DNA of 64,000 nucleotides from an uncultured Chloroflexia bacterium (GTDB lineage Bacteria > Chloroflexota > Limnocylindria > Limnocylindrales > CSP1-4): assembly GCA_963712585.1 (NCBI GenBank), contig CAVQIH010000008.1:134585-198584 (forward strand), written 5' to 3'. A program made the position numbers and the translations under genes. Positions 30,993-48,339 of this stretch are shown in pieces. The notes beneath the pieces were generated by a model. It was not told where the DNA came from. It saw nothing but the letters and a program-made list of their open reading frames with translations, and searched no databases. The number at the start of each line of letters is the position of its first letter. Position 1 is the first letter of the stretch.

Positions 30993-32153
30993 TCACCACT
31001 CCGCCCGGGTCTGGCGGATGTTGACGCTCTGGAGAATGCCGAGGCCGAGGGCGAGGCTGATCAGGGAGGCGCCGCCATAGCTGATCAGGGGCAATGGGAT
31101 CCCGGTGATCGGCATGATCCCGATGACCATGCCGACGTTGACCAGCAGCTGGAAGAGGATCATCGAGGCCAGCCCCGCGCCGACGAGGAGACCGAAAGGA
31201 TCACGAGAGCGCCACGCGGCGAGGAGGATCCGCCAGAGTAGGACCACGAACAGCGCGAAGACCACGAGTGCCCCGATGAACCCGAGCTCCTCGGCAAGGA
31301 TCGCGAAGACGAAGTCGGTCGACTGGACGGGCAGGAAGCCCAGCTGACTCTGGGTCCCGTTGGTGAGGCCCTTGCCGAGCCAGCCGCCCGAGGCCGCCGC
31401 TATCTGTGACTGCGCCAGTTGATAGCCCGAACCCTGCGGGTCGCTGGTGGGATCGAGGAAGCTGAGCAGCCGCGCCTTCTGGTAGTCGTGGAGGACGTAG
31501 TTCCAGGCGAGCGGCACGAGGGCCACGCCGGCCGTGGCCAGGACCGCCAGCCAGCGCAGGCTGGCCCCGGACATGAACAGCATGCCGGCCAGGATGGCGA
31601 CCAGGACGAGCGACGTCCCGAGGTCCGGCTGCAGCATCACCAGGATCGCCGGCGGCACGACCAGGAGACAGGCCCCCAGGATCGACGCCAGCGAATCGAG
31701 ACGGCTCTCCCGCGCACTGAGGTATCGCGCCAGCACGACGACCATGGCGATCTTCGCCAGTTCACTGAACTGGAATTGGAACCCGAAGACGCTGACCCAG
31801 CGTGCGGCCCCGCCCACGCCATCACCGATCGCCAGGGACACCGCCAGCAACCCGAGATTGGCGAAGTAGATCGGCCAGGCGAACGTCTTGAGCCACTGGT
31901 AGTCGAATACGGTTGCCAGGGCGAACGTCCCAACAGCGAGGCCCGCCCAGACGAGGCCGCGAACGAAGGTGGACCCGAGCGAGAGCGGCACCACGCCGTT
32001 CTCGACGCTGTTGCTGTAGCCCATGACGAGGCCGATCGTGACCAGCATCAGCGCGTACACCGCGAGCTGAAGATCGAACGCCCGCCAGGCCGCCCCGGCA
32101 GCCCGAGAAGCCCAGTTCTGAACGCGCGCCGGCTCGGCTTTCAGGACACCCAT
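30993..32153 (-). CDS. rodA: SEDS-family peptidoglycan glycosyltransferase RodA
   Basis: FQFSELAKIAMVVVLARYL...QPDLGTSLV...GLTNGTQSQLGFLPVQSTDFVFAILAEELGFIG...PITGIPLPLISYGGASL. It lies downstream of mrdA. Confidence 0.85.
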   Translation of the reverse strand: MGVLKAEPARVQNWASRAAGAAWRAFDLQLAVYALMLVTIGLVMGYSNSVENGVVPLSLGSTFVRGLVWAGLAVGTFALATVFDYQWLKTFAWPIYFANLGLLAVSLAIGDGVGGAARWVSVFGFQFQFSELAKIAMVVVLARYLSARESRLDSLASILGACLLVVPPAILVMLQPDLGTSLVLVAILAGMLFMSGASLRWLAVLATAGVALVPLAWNYVLHDYQKARLLSFLDPTSDPQGSGYQLAQSQIAAASGGWLGKGLTNGTQSQLGFLPVQSTDFVFAILAEELGFIGALVVFALFVVLLWRILLAAWRSRDPFGLLVGAGLASMILFQLLVNVGMVIGIMPITGIPLPLISYGGASLISLALGLGILQSVNIRQTRAEW

Positions 32154-32199
32154 CGGTGGTCCTGCTCGCGGGGGCGCGGAGGAGCGTCTCGTCGGCTCA

Positions 32200-34089
32200 T
32201 CAGTCGCCGTAGAAGTTGCCGCGCTCGAGAAGGGAGGGGAGCCGGTAGTCCTTCTCGATCCCGTAGTGGAGTTGGAGATAGTACTTGACGATCTCGGTGG
32301 CGGCGTTGCCGATGGTATTGCTGCCGAATGTGAAGGCCACGACGGCAAGCTCGGAGTCGGGCTTGTCGACATTGCCGCTCTTCGACACGTAGGCCACGAA
32401 CCAGTTGTGGTATGGGAGGCGTCCTTCGACGTCCCTCACCCCGTACTCGGCCGTGCCCGTCTTGCCCGAGACCACGATCGGCAGGTCGACGAAGTTGTAG
32501 GTGTGGCGGCTCACGACGACTTCGCGGGCCGCCTCGCGCATGGTCTTGAGGACCGCGGAAGACACGTCGAGCTTGTGGATCAGCTTCTTCTTGAAGGGCC
32601 GAACCACCGTGCCGTCAGGTCCGATGATCTCCCGCACGACCTGCGGCTGGTAGAGCTTGCCTCCGTTGGCCAGGGCGGCATAGGCATTGAGGAGCTGAAG
32701 AGGGGTAACGGTGTCATAGCCCTGGCCGATCCCGGCCTGGAGCACTTCGCCCTCGAAGATGGCCTGGCCGAATGTGTCCTGCTTCCACTGGTCGGTGGGG
32801 ACGTTGCCGGCGGCTTCTCCAGGCAGATCGATGCCGCTGGGCGACCCGAATCCGTATTGCCTCGCCCAGTACGCCAGCCGATCGATCCCCAGCATCTGAG
32901 CCAGCTGGTAGAAGTAGGTATCGCTGGAGTGCGCGAGCCCGCTGTAGATGTCCTGCAGGCCGAATCCCTGCCGGTTCCAGTCCCAGAACTTGTCCGGTCC
33001 GATCTGGATGTAGGGCTTGGTCAGGATCTGAGTGCCGGGTTCGATCTTGTCGTCGGCCAGGGCGCCCGTGCCCGTCACGAGCTTGTATGTCGATCCCGGC
33101 GGGTACTGCTCACCGATGGCATGGTTCAAGAGCGGCTGCCCGGGATTCTCCAGAAGCTGGTCGAACTTCTCCTGGCTGATCCCGCCGGCGAAATCGTTGT
33201 TGTCGTACGTTGGCAGGCTGACCATCGCGAGGATCTCGCCCGTTTGGGGATTTATGGCGATGAGCACACCGCGGCTGATGCCGGCGGTCTTCAGTCCCCA
33301 CTCGAGGGCCTTTTGCGCGTTGCGCTGCTCCTTGAGGTCGAGGGTCAGGATCAGGGAGTCCCCTGCCTCCGGTTCGCGCGTCGTTGCGAGAACCTGCACC
33401 TCCCGGCCGGTCGCGTCCCGCTCGACGCGCTGCTCTCCGTACACGCCCCGCAGGGCCGTCTCGTAGACTGACTCGACGCCCGACTTGCCAAGGCGATCGT
33501 CGGGCAGGTAGCCCTGGTCGCGAAGGGCAGCCAGCTCCTCGGCGTCGATTGCGCCCGTGTAGCCGAGGACCTGCGAGATCAGGGCGCCGTACAGGTAGTC
33601 CCGCCTCGCCTCGACGACCACCTCGACCCCAGGCAGACGGACGCGCTCTTCGGCGATCAGTCGAGCCGTCGGCTCGGCGACGTCGTCGGCGATCCGGACG
33701 AGGTCGAACCGGGAGCCCGGGTTCGCATCGATGCGCCGGTTGATTTCGGCGGCGTCCATGCTGAGGAGACTCGCCAGGCGTCCGATGATCTCGTCACGCA
33801 GCGAGTACGGTAGGTCAGCCGGGCGAATCTTCACCGCATACGTCGGGACGTTGTTCACCAGGATGTGCTTCGAGCGGTCGTAGATCAGACCGCGCGACGC
33901 GGGGATCGCTTCGGTCGCCATGCGGTTGGCGTCGCTCTGGGCAGCGAAGTGCTCCCCCTGGGCGATTTGCAGGTAGACCAGCCGGACGGTCAAGGTGCCG
34001 ACGACGAGCACGATCGCCAGGCCGAAGACGAGGAAGCGTGCGGGCCGCCTTCGGCGCACCGAGTCCTCTCGGAGGGTCGTCGCGCTCAC
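32200..34089 (-). CDS. mrdA: penicillin-binding protein 2 (elongation transpeptidase)
   Basis: 629 aa with an N-terminal TM helix, RGLIYDRSKHILVNN, the SxxK block PPGSTYKL and KTGTAE. Confidence 0.9.
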   Translation of the reverse strand: MSATTLREDSVRRRRPARFLVFGLAIVLVVGTLTVRLVYLQIAQGEHFAAQSDANRMATEAIPASRGLIYDRSKHILVNNVPTYAVKIRPADLPYSLRDEIIGRLASLLSMDAAEINRRIDANPGSRFDLVRIADDVAEPTARLIAEERVRLPGVEVVVEARRDYLYGALISQVLGYTGAIDAEELAALRDQGYLPDDRLGKSGVESVYETALRGVYGEQRVERDATGREVQVLATTREPEAGDSLILTLDLKEQRNAQKALEWGLKTAGISRGVLIAINPQTGEILAMVSLPTYDNNDFAGGISQEKFDQLLENPGQPLLNHAIGEQYPPGSTYKLVTGTGALADDKIEPGTQILTKPYIQIGPDKFWDWNRQGFGLQDIYSGLAHSSDTYFYQLAQMLGIDRLAYWARQYGFGSPSGIDLPGEAAGNVPTDQWKQDTFGQAIFEGEVLQAGIGQGYDTVTPLQLLNAYAALANGGKLYQPQVVREIIGPDGTVVRPFKKKLIHKLDVSSAVLKTMREAAREVVVSRHTYNFVDLPIVVSGKTGTAEYGVRDVEGRLPYHNWFVAYVSKSGNVDKPDSELAVVAFTFGSNTIGNAATEIVKYYLQLHYGIEKDYRLPSLLERGNFYGD

Positions 34090-34586
34090 CAGTCGATCCG
34101 CTCCGATTCGCCGAGCCGACGATAGATGCCCAGGGCCAAGGGCGCGGCCAGAGCCGCCAGAACGGTGCCGTAAAGAGCGTCCGGCAGGACCGCCCCGAGT
34201 GGATCGGCAACCGATACCGGACCCCGCAGTGCCCCGTAGACGGCGAGCTCCAGGAGCGGGCTCGCGATGCCCAGGATGAAGGCCGTCCCAACGAGGGCGA
34301 CGGCCCGGCCACGGGAGACCAGCCGTCCGACGACGGCCGCCACCCCCACGGCGATGAGGAGCACGAAGGCTGTAGAGCCGAGCGGCCGCATGGCCAGAGC
34401 GTCGATCACGAGTCCTCCCAGGAAGGCGGAGACAAGCCCTCCATCGAGGCCGGCGACCATCGTCCAGACGATGGCCAGAACGAGGACCAGATCAGGTTCC
34501 GCCCCTCCCACATTCAGGAAGGGCACGATGGATGACTGAAGTAGAGCCGCCGCGACGGTGGCGACCGCCGCGAGAGCAAGTCTCAT
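34086..34586 (-). CDS. mreD: rod shape-determining protein MreD
   Basis: 166-aa polytopic protein (VPFLNVGGAEPDLVLVLAIVWTMVAGLDGGLVSAFLGGLVIDAL). GTGA overlap with the mrdA start. Confidence 0.65.
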   Translation of the reverse strand: MRLALAAVATVAAALLQSSIVPFLNVGGAEPDLVLVLAIVWTMVAGLDGGLVSAFLGGLVIDALAMRPLGSTAFVLLIAVGVAAVVGRLVSRGRAVALVGTAFILGIASPLLELAVYGALRGPVSVADPLGAVLPDALYGTVLAALAAPLALGIYRRLGESERIDW

Positions 34587-34668
34587 GGCAGTCGTACCTC
34601 TCGTGACTCGCGGGACCGCCGCCGAACGGCGCGGCAACAATCCGCCTCGAGGGGCAGCGTCCCGGGCG

Positions 34669-34698
34669 AGTATATCGAGCGCCCGTCGTTGCCGGCAA
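34669..34698 (-). promoter_or_regulatory. candidate promoter TTGCCG-18-TATACT for mreD-mrdA-rodA
   Basis: Minus-strand hexamers at 34693-34698 and 34669-34674, about 80 nt upstream of the mreD start. Confidence 0.3.
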
Positions 34699-34807
34699 TC
34701 GCGCCTTGCCCAGCCCCGGCGCCGGACCATCCGCCCGCCGGGCGTTCCGAGGGCCGAGGTTGGCTCGGTCGGGTGCGGGCGAGGCCTCGGGGCGTGGGCT
34801 GCCGCTG

Positions 34808-34823
34808 TGTTTCACGTGCAACG
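34808..34823. promoter_or_regulatory. parS: parS centromere-like site TGTTTCACGTGCAACG (14/16 to TGTTNCACGTGAAACA)
   Basis: The left half-site is perfect and the right half-site has two mismatches. It lies 174 nt upstream of parA. Confidence 0.6.
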
Positions 34824-34996
34824 TTGCCGGCTGCGCCCGGCATGCTTGCGGACCACCGACGACGAAGTCACTGGTAAGTCCGAGAGAAGCGAGGTGGCCG
34901 AACATGGCGGCTGCGTCTCCTCGCGCTGCCTCCGGGGTCCGAGGGGCGCGAATGGTAGACTTGATCTTCACCAGCGTGATCCGAACGGGGTACTGA

Positions 34997-35949
34997 GTGG
35001 GTCAGACGGTCGCCTGCGCAAACCAAAAAGGCGGAGTCGGCAAGACCACCACGGTCATCAATCTCGGCACCTACCTCGCATTCGCCGGTCAGCGCGTCCT
35101 CATCATCGACCTTGACCCCCAGGGCAACGCCTCGAGCGGCCTCGGCGTGGACCGCGGCCAGAACGAGCGATCCGTCTACGACGCCGTCATCGAGGACGCC
35201 GCTCTCGACGAGCTGGCCGTGGCCACTGGGATCGAGCGGCTGTGGCTGGTTCCCTCCTCGATCTCGCTGGCGGGTGCCGAGGTCGAGCTGGCACCTCTTG
35301 CCCAGCGCGAACGACGGCTGGCCCGGCTCGTGACGTCGATGCGTCGCACCTACGACTATGTCTTGCTCGACTGTCCACCCTCGCTCGGTCTGCTGACGGT
35401 GAATGCCCTCACCGCGGCTGACTCTGTGCTCATTCCGATCCAGTGCGAGTACTACGCCCTGGAAGGCCTGAGCCAGCTCATCGCCACCGTCAACCTCGTG
35501 CGTGACCACCTGAATCCCGACCTGGCGATCAAGGGCGTTCTGCTGACGATGTACGACGCGAGAACGAATTTGTCGGCCGAGGTCGCTGGAGAAGTCCGCC
35601 GCCATCTTGGCCCAGCCGTGTTCTCCGTAGTCGTGCCCCGCAACGTCCGGTTGGCAGAGGCTCCGAGCTACGGCCGGCCGATCGCCCTCTACGAGCCCGA
35701 ATCGCGTGGCGCAGAGGCGTATCGGGCGCTCGCCGACGAGATCCTCAGGCGCGACGGCCGGGTCGACCCCGTCGGCGACCGCACCACCCATCAGCCCGAG
35801 ATGGCCGTAGCTGAACCGGCCAGTGCGGCCGAACCGGGTGTCGCAGGCCCGAAATCCGCGCCTCTCCCGTCTGAGGCCGGGCACCGGTCCGCCCATCCCA
35901 GAGTGGCGAGCCTGTCGGCCCCCGGCCAGACTCGCCACGAGCACCCGTC

Positions 35950-35953
<4 letters not shown>
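34997..35953 (+). CDS. parA: chromosome partitioning ATPase ParA/Soj with a C-terminal tail of about 60 aa
   Basis: ACANQKGGVGKTTTVINLG (deviant Walker A)...IIDLDPQGNASSGLG. An in-frame TGA immediately precedes GTG 34997, which fixes the start. Confidence 0.93.
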
Positions 35954-39365
<3,412 letters not shown>

Positions 39366-39369
<4 letters not shown>

Positions 39370-40334
39370 GCGTCAGGCAGACGAGCGCCCTGACCCGCGA
39401 TGCGCAGGCGTTCGTGGCGAGCCGCGCTACGAGGGCCCTCGAGCTCGGGCACCGTCTCGCCGATGAGATCGACGATCCCGAGGCGTTCGCGACCGCCCTC
39501 CGGCGGGGATTTTCGGATCTCGCGGATCCGGTCTATCGCGATGCCCAGGCCTGGATCGCGCCCGGAGTGGGGCCCGTGATCGGAGTTCGGTGGCCTCTCA
39601 TCCAGGCCGTCCAGCGAGGCCTTGACGCCGAACTCCACGGCGTCCCGTCCGGGCGACTGCTCTTCGTCGCGGACCGGCTCCTCCGCCAGCCGACCTCCGA
39701 ACTCCGTTGGTTCGCGCTGCATCTCCTGCGCAGGATCCTGGCCGATGATCCCGAGCGGTCGTGGCAGTTGATGCGGCGTGTCTCGCGCGAGGCCAGTGAC
39801 TGGATCACCGTGGACAGCCTCGCCCAGGTCTTCGGCGACGGCATCCTGCGGGAGCCGTACCGCTGGGCCGAGCTGGAGCAGCTCGCCTACTCGCCCTCGC
39901 GGTGGGAGCGCCGGCTCGTTGGCTCGACGGTGGCGACCGTCCCCTTCATCGACCGCGCCCGCGGCCGCAGGCCCGAGGTTGCGGCCCGCGGGCTGGGGTT
40001 GATCGGGAACCTCATCGGCGACGCGGAGCCGGATGTCCAGAAGGCGCTCGCGTGGGCGCTCCGCTCCCTCACGCTCGTCGATTTGGGGGGCGTCATCGCA
40101 TTCTGCCGGGAGCAGGCGGAGCGGGCCGCAGAGACCGACGATGGCGCTCGTGCCTGGGTGATTCGCGATGGGCTCGGCAAGCTCGATGCCGCGGTCGCCG
40201 GGCCGCTCCGCGACCGGCTCGCCGGAATCCGTCGCCGTCGGGCCGCCCCGTCCACCTCGGAGGCGTCCGCCGCAGCACTGCAGTTCAACCGCCTCCCCAC
40301 CGCCACCAGCCTCGCCGACCCACCGCTGACCTGA
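39366..40334 (+). CDS. DNA alkylation repair (AlkD-like HEAT-repeat) family protein
   Basis: Helical repeats with [37 protein letters not shown] and [13 protein letters not shown] resemble the Pfam DNA_alkylation family. GTGA overlap with the thioesterase stop. Confidence 0.5.
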
Positions 40335-40350
40335 CCGGGAGACCGCGAAC

Positions 40351-42915
40351 GTGACCGACGACCTCGGCGACATCAGGGCCGTCCGCATCGAAGACGAGAT
40401 GCGGGTCAGCTACCTCGACTACGCCATGAGCGTGATCGTGGCCCGAGCGCTGCCCGACGTGCGGGACGGCTGCAAGCCCGTTCATCGCCGGATCCTCTTC
40501 ACGATGGGCGAGATGGGCCTCTTCGCCAACGCGTCGTATCGGAAGTGCGCCGCGATCGTGGGTGAGGTCCTCGGCAAGTACCACCCCCACGGCGACGTCG
40601 CCCTCTACGACGCCCTCGTCCGCATGGCCCAGGACTTCTCGATGCGCTACCCGCTCGTGGATGGACAGGGCAACTTCGGGTCCATCGACGGCGACACGGC
40701 GGCGGCCTACCGCTACACCGAGGCCCGCCTCACCGCCATCGCAGCCGAGATGCTCGCCGACATCGACAAGGATACGGTCGACTTCGTCGACAACTACGAC
40801 GGCCAGCATCGGGAGCCGGCTGTCCTGCCGGCCAAGCTGCCCAACCTCCTGGTGAACGGCTCGTCCGGGATCGCCGTCGGGATGGCCACCAACATCCCGC
40901 CCCACCATCTCGGTGAGGTCTGCTCCGCCGCGATCGCCCTGATCGAGGACTCCGAGATCAGCTCGGACGAGCTCTGCACCCACATCCAGGGCCCGGACTT
41001 CCCGACAGGCGGCACCCTCTACCGCTACGAGACCCAGCGCAACCCGATCACGGGCGAAACCGAGACCGTCGACGCGATCCGCCAGATGTACGCACACGGC
41101 CACGGGCGGGTCGTCGTACGCGCCCAGGTCGCCTTCGAGGAGACCCGCAACAACCGCATTGCGATCATCGTTAGCGAGCTCCCGTACCAGGTGAACAAGG
41201 CCGCTCTGCTCGAGAAGATCGCGGAGTTGGTCAAAGACAAGCGGATCGACGGGATCGCGGCCCTGCGCGACGAGTCCGATCGCGACGGGATGCGGATCTA
41301 CATCGAGGTCAAGCCGGACGCCAACGCCCACAAGGTGCTGAACAACCTGTTCAAGCACACCCCGATGCAGTCGGCCTTCAACCTGAACATGCTGGCGCTC
41401 GTCGACGGACAGCCCCAGACCCTGCCCCTCAAGGCCGTCCTCCAGCACTACATCGACCACCGCCGGGACGTCGTCCGGCGGCGGACGGAGTTCGACCTGG
41501 CCAAGGCCCGCGAGCGAGCGCACATTCTCGAGGGCCTCAAGATCGCCCTGGACAACCTCGACGCGGTGATCCGGACGATCCGCGAGTCGGCCGACGTCGA
41601 GACCGCCCGGAACGCCCTCATCGAGCTCTTTGGGCTCAGCGAGATCCAGGCGCAGGCCATCCTCGACATGCGGCTCGCCCGCCTGGCCGCCCTCGAGCGC
41701 AAGAAGATCGAGGACGAGTACCTCGCGGTGATCCAGCTGATCGCCGAGCTGGAGGACATCCTGGCCAACCCCGGCCGGGTGTTCGCGATCATCAAGGACG
41801 AGCTCGGCGAACTCCGTCGCAAGTACGCCGGAGAGCGGCGGACCAAGGTCGCCGACGACTCCTCCCGCGAGATGACCGACGAGGATCTGATCGCCGACGA
41901 GGATGTCGTGGTCACGATCAGCCAGCGCGGCTACATCAAGCGCCAGCCGGTGGCGACCTACCGCCGCCAGCACCGTGGGGGCAAGGGCATCATCGGCCAC
42001 GTCACCCGCGAGGAGGATGCCGTCGACAGCCTGCTCGTGGCAAACACCCACGACTGGGCCCTCTTCTTCACCAACCGCGGGCGGGTCTTCAGCTCGAAGG
42101 TCCACACCATTCCCGACGCGAGCCGCCAGGCCAAGGGGATCCCGATCATCAACCTGCCGGGGGTCCAGGTAGAGACAGGCGAGGTCCCCGCCGCCACGAT
42201 CGTCCTGCCGGGTTTCGAGAAGGGCCGCCACCTGGTCCTGGCCACTCGCAAGGGGATCATCAAGAAGACGCCCCTCGAGCAGTTCGAGAAGGTCCGTTCG
42301 AGTGGGATCCGGGCTATCACCCTGGCCGAGGACGACGAGCTCGCCTGGGTCGACGTGACCACCGGTCACGACGATGTCATCCTCGCCACCGCTCAGGGCA
42401 AGCTCGCCAAGTTCGCAGAGCGCGAGGTTCGGGCAATGGGCCGCGACGCCGCGGGTGTGATCGGGATCCGTCCCGCGGGCGCGGGTGACCAGGTCGTCGC
42501 GATGAGTGTCGTCCAGCCGGGGACCGACCTCCTGGTCCTGACCGAGACGGGCTACGGCAAGCGGGTGGCGTTGGCCGACTTCCGCGTCAAGCACCGGGGC
42601 GGGCAAGGCGTGATGCTCATCCCGCTTGAGGGCCGCAAGACCGGTCGGGTGGCCGCCGTCCAGCAGGTCACCGAAGCGGACGACGAGCTCCTCCTCATCA
42701 GCGCCGGTGGCCAGGTGGTGCGCACCGAAACCAAGACCATCAACCGCTACTCGTCGGGGGCCCGCGGAGTGATCGTGATGCGCCTCAACGAAGGCGATCG
42801 GGTGGCCGGGATCGCCGCCTTCCGCGAGGGACTGGCGGAGCGGGGGAGCATGGGCGACAATGACGGCCCGGATCGTCCCCCAGCGGGAGGACCGGAGGAC
42901 CGGCCGGCAGGATGA
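40351..42915 (+). CDS. gyrA: DNA gyrase subunit A
   Basis: [35 protein letters not shown]...HPHGD...[10 protein letters not shown] (active-site Tyr region). The C-terminal beta-pinwheel repeats are present. 854 aa, uninterrupted. Confidence 0.97.
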   Translation: MTDDLGDIRAVRIEDEMRVSYLDYAMSVIVARALPDVRDGCKPVHRRILFTMGEMGLFANASYRKCAAIVGEVLGKYHPHGDVALYDALVRMAQDFSMRYPLVDGQGNFGSIDGDTAAAYRYTEARLTAIAAEMLADIDKDTVDFVDNYDGQHREPAVLPAKLPNLLVNGSSGIAVGMATNIPPHHLGEVCSAAIALIEDSEISSDELCTHIQGPDFPTGGTLYRYETQRNPITGETETVDAIRQMYAHGHGRVVVRAQVAFEETRNNRIAIIVSELPYQVNKAALLEKIAELVKDKRIDGIAALRDESDRDGMRIYIEVKPDANAHKVLNNLFKHTPMQSAFNLNMLALVDGQPQTLPLKAVLQHYIDHRRDVVRRRTEFDLAKARERAHILEGLKIALDNLDAVIRTIRESADVETARNALIELFGLSEIQAQAILDMRLARLAALERKKIEDEYLAVIQLIAELEDILANPGRVFAIIKDELGELRRKYAGERRTKVADDSSREMTDEDLIADEDVVVTISQRGYIKRQPVATYRRQHRGGKGIIGHVTREEDAVDSLLVANTHDWALFFTNRGRVFSSKVHTIPDASRQAKGIPIINLPGVQVETGEVPAATIVLPGFEKGRHLVLATRKGIIKKTPLEQFEKVRSSGIRAITLAEDDELAWVDVTTGHDDVILATAQGKLAKFAEREVRAMGRDAAGVIGIRPAGAGDQVVAMSVVQPGTDLLVLTETGYGKRVALADFRVKHRGGQGVMLIPLEGRKTGRVAAVQQVTEADDELLLISAGGQVVRTETKTINRYSSGARGVIVMRLNEGDRVAGIAAFREGLAERGSMGDNDGPDRPPAGGPEDRPAG

Positions 42916-44021
42916 GGACCTTCGGGGCGCAGGAGGGACCCGTGTACACCGACCAGTTCGACGTCTACACGGGCAATGCGAACCCGGCCCTGGCTCGCAA
43001 GATCTGCCACTACCTCGGCCTCGAGCTCGGGGTGGCCGAAGTCTTCCAGTTCGCCAACGAGAACATCTTCGTCCGCGTGCTCGACAACGTCCGCGAGAAG
43101 GACGTCTTCCTCGTCCAACCGACCTGCCGGCCGGTGAACCAGTCGATCATGGAACTGCTGATCATGATCGACGCCTTCAAGCGAGCCAGCGCCGGCCGGA
43201 TCACGGCGGTCATCCCGTACTACGCCTACGGCCGCTCCGACAAGAAGGACCAGCCGCGGGTTCCGATCACGGCCCGCCTGGTCGCCGACATGATCACCGT
43301 CGCGGGCGCCGACCGGGTCCTCACGATGGATCTCCACCAGGGCCAGATCCAGGGCTTCTTCAACATCCCCGTCGACGAGCTGACCGCGGTCCACATGCTC
43401 TCGAACTACTTCCGCCAGAAGGAGCTCGACAACCTGGTGGTTGTCACCGACCTCGGCTTCGCCAAGCGTGCCCGCGCCTTCGCGGAGCTCCTCGACGCCC
43501 CCCTGGCGATCATCGAGAAGCGCCGGGTGGAGAACCTCGATCGGGCCGAGGTGCTTCGGGTGATCGGCGACGTTCGCGGCCGCCGGGCGATCGTGGTCGA
43601 CGACGAGATCGACACGGCCGGCACGCTCATGGAGGTCGTCCGCGCCCTCGAGGACGAAGCCGTCCATGAGATCTATGCCTGCGCCACCCACGGCGTGCTC
43701 TCGCCGCCGGCGGTCGAGCGGATCGAGGAGTCGTCGCTGCAGGAGGTCGTCCTGACGGACTCCATCCCCTTGCCCGCGGCCAAGCGAATCGATCGCATCA
43801 CCACCCTCTCCGTTGCTCCCCTCATTGGCGAGGCGATCCGCCGGATCCACCGCGGCGAGTCGGTCGGGGCGCTCTTCAGCAGCGAGGTTTCCTTCACCCA
43901 GTCGATGCTGCTCTGGGAGGATGGCGACGCGACCGCCTCGAACGCGACCGGCGAAGCACCCCGCGACTCGTCCGAGGAGGCCCCTTCCCGGCCCCTGACC
44001 AGGGCCACCTTCGGAGACTGA
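42912..44021 (+). CDS. prs: ribose-phosphate pyrophosphokinase with a C-terminal tail of about 50 aa
   Basis: [19 protein letters not shown]...[16 protein letters not shown]...[12 protein letters not shown]...[17 protein letters not shown] overlap with gyrA. Confidence 0.93.
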   Translation: MRTFGAQEGPVYTDQFDVYTGNANPALARKICHYLGLELGVAEVFQFANENIFVRVLDNVREKDVFLVQPTCRPVNQSIMELLIMIDAFKRASAGRITAVIPYYAYGRSDKKDQPRVPITARLVADMITVAGADRVLTMDLHQGQIQGFFNIPVDELTAVHMLSNYFRQKELDNLVVVTDLGFAKRARAFAELLDAPLAIIEKRRVENLDRAEVLRVIGDVRGRRAIVVDDEIDTAGTLMEVVRALEDEAVHEIYACATHGVLSPPAVERIEESSLQEVVLTDSIPLPAAKRIDRITTLSVAPLIGEAIRRIHRGESVGALFSSEVSFTQSMLLWEDGDATASNATGEAPRDSSEEAPSRPLTRATFGD

Positions 44022-44251
44022 TGACCCTCCAGCTGCACCGCCCTGATGGCCGCGGCGGTATCGAGCCTCGGCCTGTCGACGATCCGAATTGGCGACGGCA
44101 GCTCCGTTCGCGTCGCTGGAACGTGCCCCGCCTGGCGAATCCGGAGATGAACCCGACGTCCCGCTCGCGGTCGGTCGCCCTGTGGCTCGGGCTCGCCCTG
44201 CTCACCTTCGTCGTGCTCGTCGCCGGATACGGGTCCGGCTTCTGGGGCTGA
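44021..44251 (+). CDS. hypothetical small membrane protein (76 aa, C-terminal TM helix)
   Basis: The ATG overlaps the prs stop (TGATG). GC3 is high. Product ends ...SVALWLGLALLTFVVLVAGYGSGFWG. I recognise no family. Confidence 0.45.
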   Translation: MTLQLHRPDGRGGIEPRPVDDPNWRRQLRSRRWNVPRLANPEMNPTSRSRSVALWLGLALLTFVVLVAGYGSGFWG

Positions 44252-44347
44252 GCGCCTCGGAGCACGGACAGCGGCGCCGGCCAGACGGATTCAACACCGG
44301 GACCCCGAGCGGGCCCGACCGACCCCCTCGCCTATACTGACGTTCCC

Positions 44348-47458
<3,111 letters not shown>

Positions 47459-47486
47459 GGGAGGCGACGGCCAGCTGAAGCGCGCC

Positions 47487-48101
47487 ATGGCCCGTGATCT
47501 CGCGACCCTGACCCTGGCGGCGTGCGCGGGCGCCGCCCTTCTGGTGGGCTATGCGGCGTTCCGGATCTGGCAGCAGGGCGAGCGCGACGAGCAGCGGCCG
47601 GCCGGGGCCATCGTGGTGCTCGGCGCAGCTCAGTTCGACGGCTGGCCCAGCCCCGTCTTCGCCGCCCGCCTCGACCATGCCGTGGCCCTCTATCTCTCGG
47701 GCCTGGCACCGCACTTCGTGGTCACGGGCGGCGGGGCCGAGGGAGATCGGCAGACCGAGGCCGACGCCGCCCGCGCCTACGCCATCGCTCACGGCGTGCC
47801 CGACGAGGCGATCCTGGCAGAGGACCGGGGCCGGACCACCCTCGAGTCGCTGGAGGGCGTCGCCGAGCTCCTGCGCACGCATGGAATCGACGACGCAGTG
47901 TTCGTATCGGACCGCTCTCACATGCTGCGGGTGCTCCGGATGGCCGCCGACCTGGGGATCACCGCCTACGGCTCGCCCACGCCCTCGAGCCCGCGCGATC
48001 TCGACCCGAACAGACGCCTCGACGCCACGATCCGCGAGCTCGGGGCTCTGGCCTACTACCTGCTTGCCGGCCAGGACCTGGCGCCCGATTCCGGCCCGTA
48101 G
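47487..48101 (+). CDS. DUF218 (YdcF/SanA/ElyC-like) protein
   Basis: An N-terminal TM helix is followed by IVVLGAAQFDGWPSPVFAARLDHAVALYLSG...VVTGGG...EADAARAYAIAHGVP...TTLESL...VFVSDRSHMLR. Confidence 0.7.
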   Translation: MARDLATLTLAACAGAALLVGYAAFRIWQQGERDEQRPAGAIVVLGAAQFDGWPSPVFAARLDHAVALYLSGLAPHFVVTGGGAEGDRQTEADAARAYAIAHGVPDEAILAEDRGRTTLESLEGVAELLRTHGIDDAVFVSDRSHMLRVLRMAADLGITAYGSPTPSSPRDLDPNRRLDATIRELGALAYYLLAGQDLAPDSGP

Positions 48102-48212
48102 GCATCGCTCCGACGGCGGGCGGCCATCGTGACCCGGGCGGGTGAGAAGCGCCGGCCATCCACCAGGACAGGGTAACCGGCGTAGGGCCGTTGACCGGGC
48201 ACCTTTGCCCTC

Positions 48213-48241
48213 TTGGCTGGCCAGAGATCAGCCCGTATACT
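48213..48241 (+). promoter_or_regulatory. candidate promoter TTGGCT-17-TATACT for the Cys-rich ORF and prfB
   Basis: Hexamers at 48213-48218 and 48236-48241 with a 17-nt spacer, in the spacer after the DUF218 gene. Confidence 0.45.
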
Positions 48242-48259
48242 GCGGTTGATCCCGCGATA

Positions 48260-48287
48260 CCGGACACTCGTGTCCGGTCTGTGTCCG
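48260..48287. promoter_or_regulatory. perfect 18-nt palindrome CCGGACACTCGTGTCCGG plus a third GTGTCCG half-site; operator or 5'-UTR hairpin
   Basis: Palindrome at 48260-48277 and direct repeat GTGTCCG at 48281-48287. Both lie about 12-40 nt downstream of the predicted transcription start. Confidence 0.4.
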
Positions 48288-48339
48288 TTCGCCCTTGCGT
48301 CCCCGGGACGTATTCGGACCCATCGAGTGTGAGGGAGTA

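Noticed and set aside
34904-34996. 30-codon upstream ORF (MAAASPRAASGVRGARMVDLIFTSVIRTGY) with GAGGTGG upstream, whose TGA abuts the parA GTG.
   Set aside because: Codon statistics are ambiguous (GC1 about equal to GC2, GC3 only about 76%) and I know of no conservation. It is possibly a real coupling uORF, but I cannot support it.
40285-42606. 773-aa ORF antisense to gyrA. Similar very long ORFs lie opposite real genes: 44291..45943 versus secA, 14784..16859 versus atpA/atpH/atpF, 29383..31080 versus the radical SAM gene, 24308..26335 versus DUF1385/rpmE/rpmA/rplU, and 36792..38030 versus gyrB.
   Set aside because: These are typical shadow ORFs of a high-GC genome. Their products are Arg/Gly/Pro/Asp-rich low complexity with no recognisable motifs. 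The opposite strand encodes full-length, motif-perfect housekeeping proteins.
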